Shown here in pieces: positions 63,610 to 64,000 of a DNA stretch of 64,000 bases; position 1 is the first letter of the stretch, and each line of letters begins with the position of its first letter. The DNA is taken from the NCBI RefSeq assembly GCF_030028105.1, contig NC_092386.1, positions 14,687,258-14,751,257 of the forward strand, given 5' to 3'. The position numbers and the translations under genes were made by a program. The notes beneath the pieces are model-generated. The model did no database searches, was not told the origin of the DNA, and worked only from the letters and a program-made list of their open reading frames with translations. This DNA is from Mobula birostris (lineage: Eukaryota).

Positions 63610-64000
63610 GTTAATGTATGAGGAGCGTTTGATGGCTCTGGACCTGTACTCACTGGAGTTTAGAAGAATGAGGGGGATATCATTGAAACCTATTGAGTAT
63701 TGAAAGGCCTGGGTAGAGTGGACGTGGAGAGGATGTTTCCTATAGTGGGGAGTCTAGGACCGGAGGGCACAGCATCAGAATACAAGGACGTCCCTTTAGA
63801 ACAGAGACGAGGAGGAATTCCTTTTGCCCGAAGGTGGTGAATCTGTGGAAGTCCAGCTGCTGAGGCGAAGTCATTGGGTATATTGGGAAGTTGATAGGTT
63901 TGTGATCAGTAAGAGTGTCAAAGGTTACTGGGAGAATGCAGGAGAATGGGATTGAGAAGGATAATAAATTAGCTGTGATGAAATGGCGGAGCAGATTCGA
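63610..64000 (+). mobile_element. CR1 LINE 3' fragment running off the window end
   Basis: YEERLMALDLYSLEFRRMRG...; same 3' architecture as 1520-1930. Confidence 0.85.

Overview
Vertebrate genomic DNA, probably from a cartilaginous fish such as a ray. This is inferred from the CR1, V-SINE and Penelope-type repeat complement and is not proven. Two head-to-head genes were reconstructed exon by exon. AK6 (adenylate kinase 6/CINAP) lies on the minus strand and is complete, with 5 coding exons (15180-26671, 172 aa). RAD17 (checkpoint clamp loader) lies on the plus strand with 14 coding exons (29650-61993, 589 codons) and continues beyond the window. The two genes share a short bidirectional promoter at about 26.7-26.9 kb. 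A further CpG-rich promoter/first exon at about 7.1-7.7 kb (minus strand) may belong to CCDC125, on synteny alone. The rest is decayed CR1 LINEs, SINEs, three solo LTRs, Tc1/pogo/hAT elements and Penelope-derived repeats with hammerhead-ribozyme cores. The most striking observation is a 3.7-kb array of about 42 x 89-bp units in AK6 intron 1, built from AK6 exon 1 itself. Most units carry a Kozak-like ATG, an in-phase mini-exon and a YnCAG|GTGAG junction, so each unit reads as a G-rich GT...AG mini-intron and the array is a candidate tandem recursive-splicing ladder. RAD17 also has a GC-AG intron and a uORF whose stop overlaps its start codon. All coordinates were read by eye. Exon boundaries were checked for phase, and repeat boundaries are approximate.
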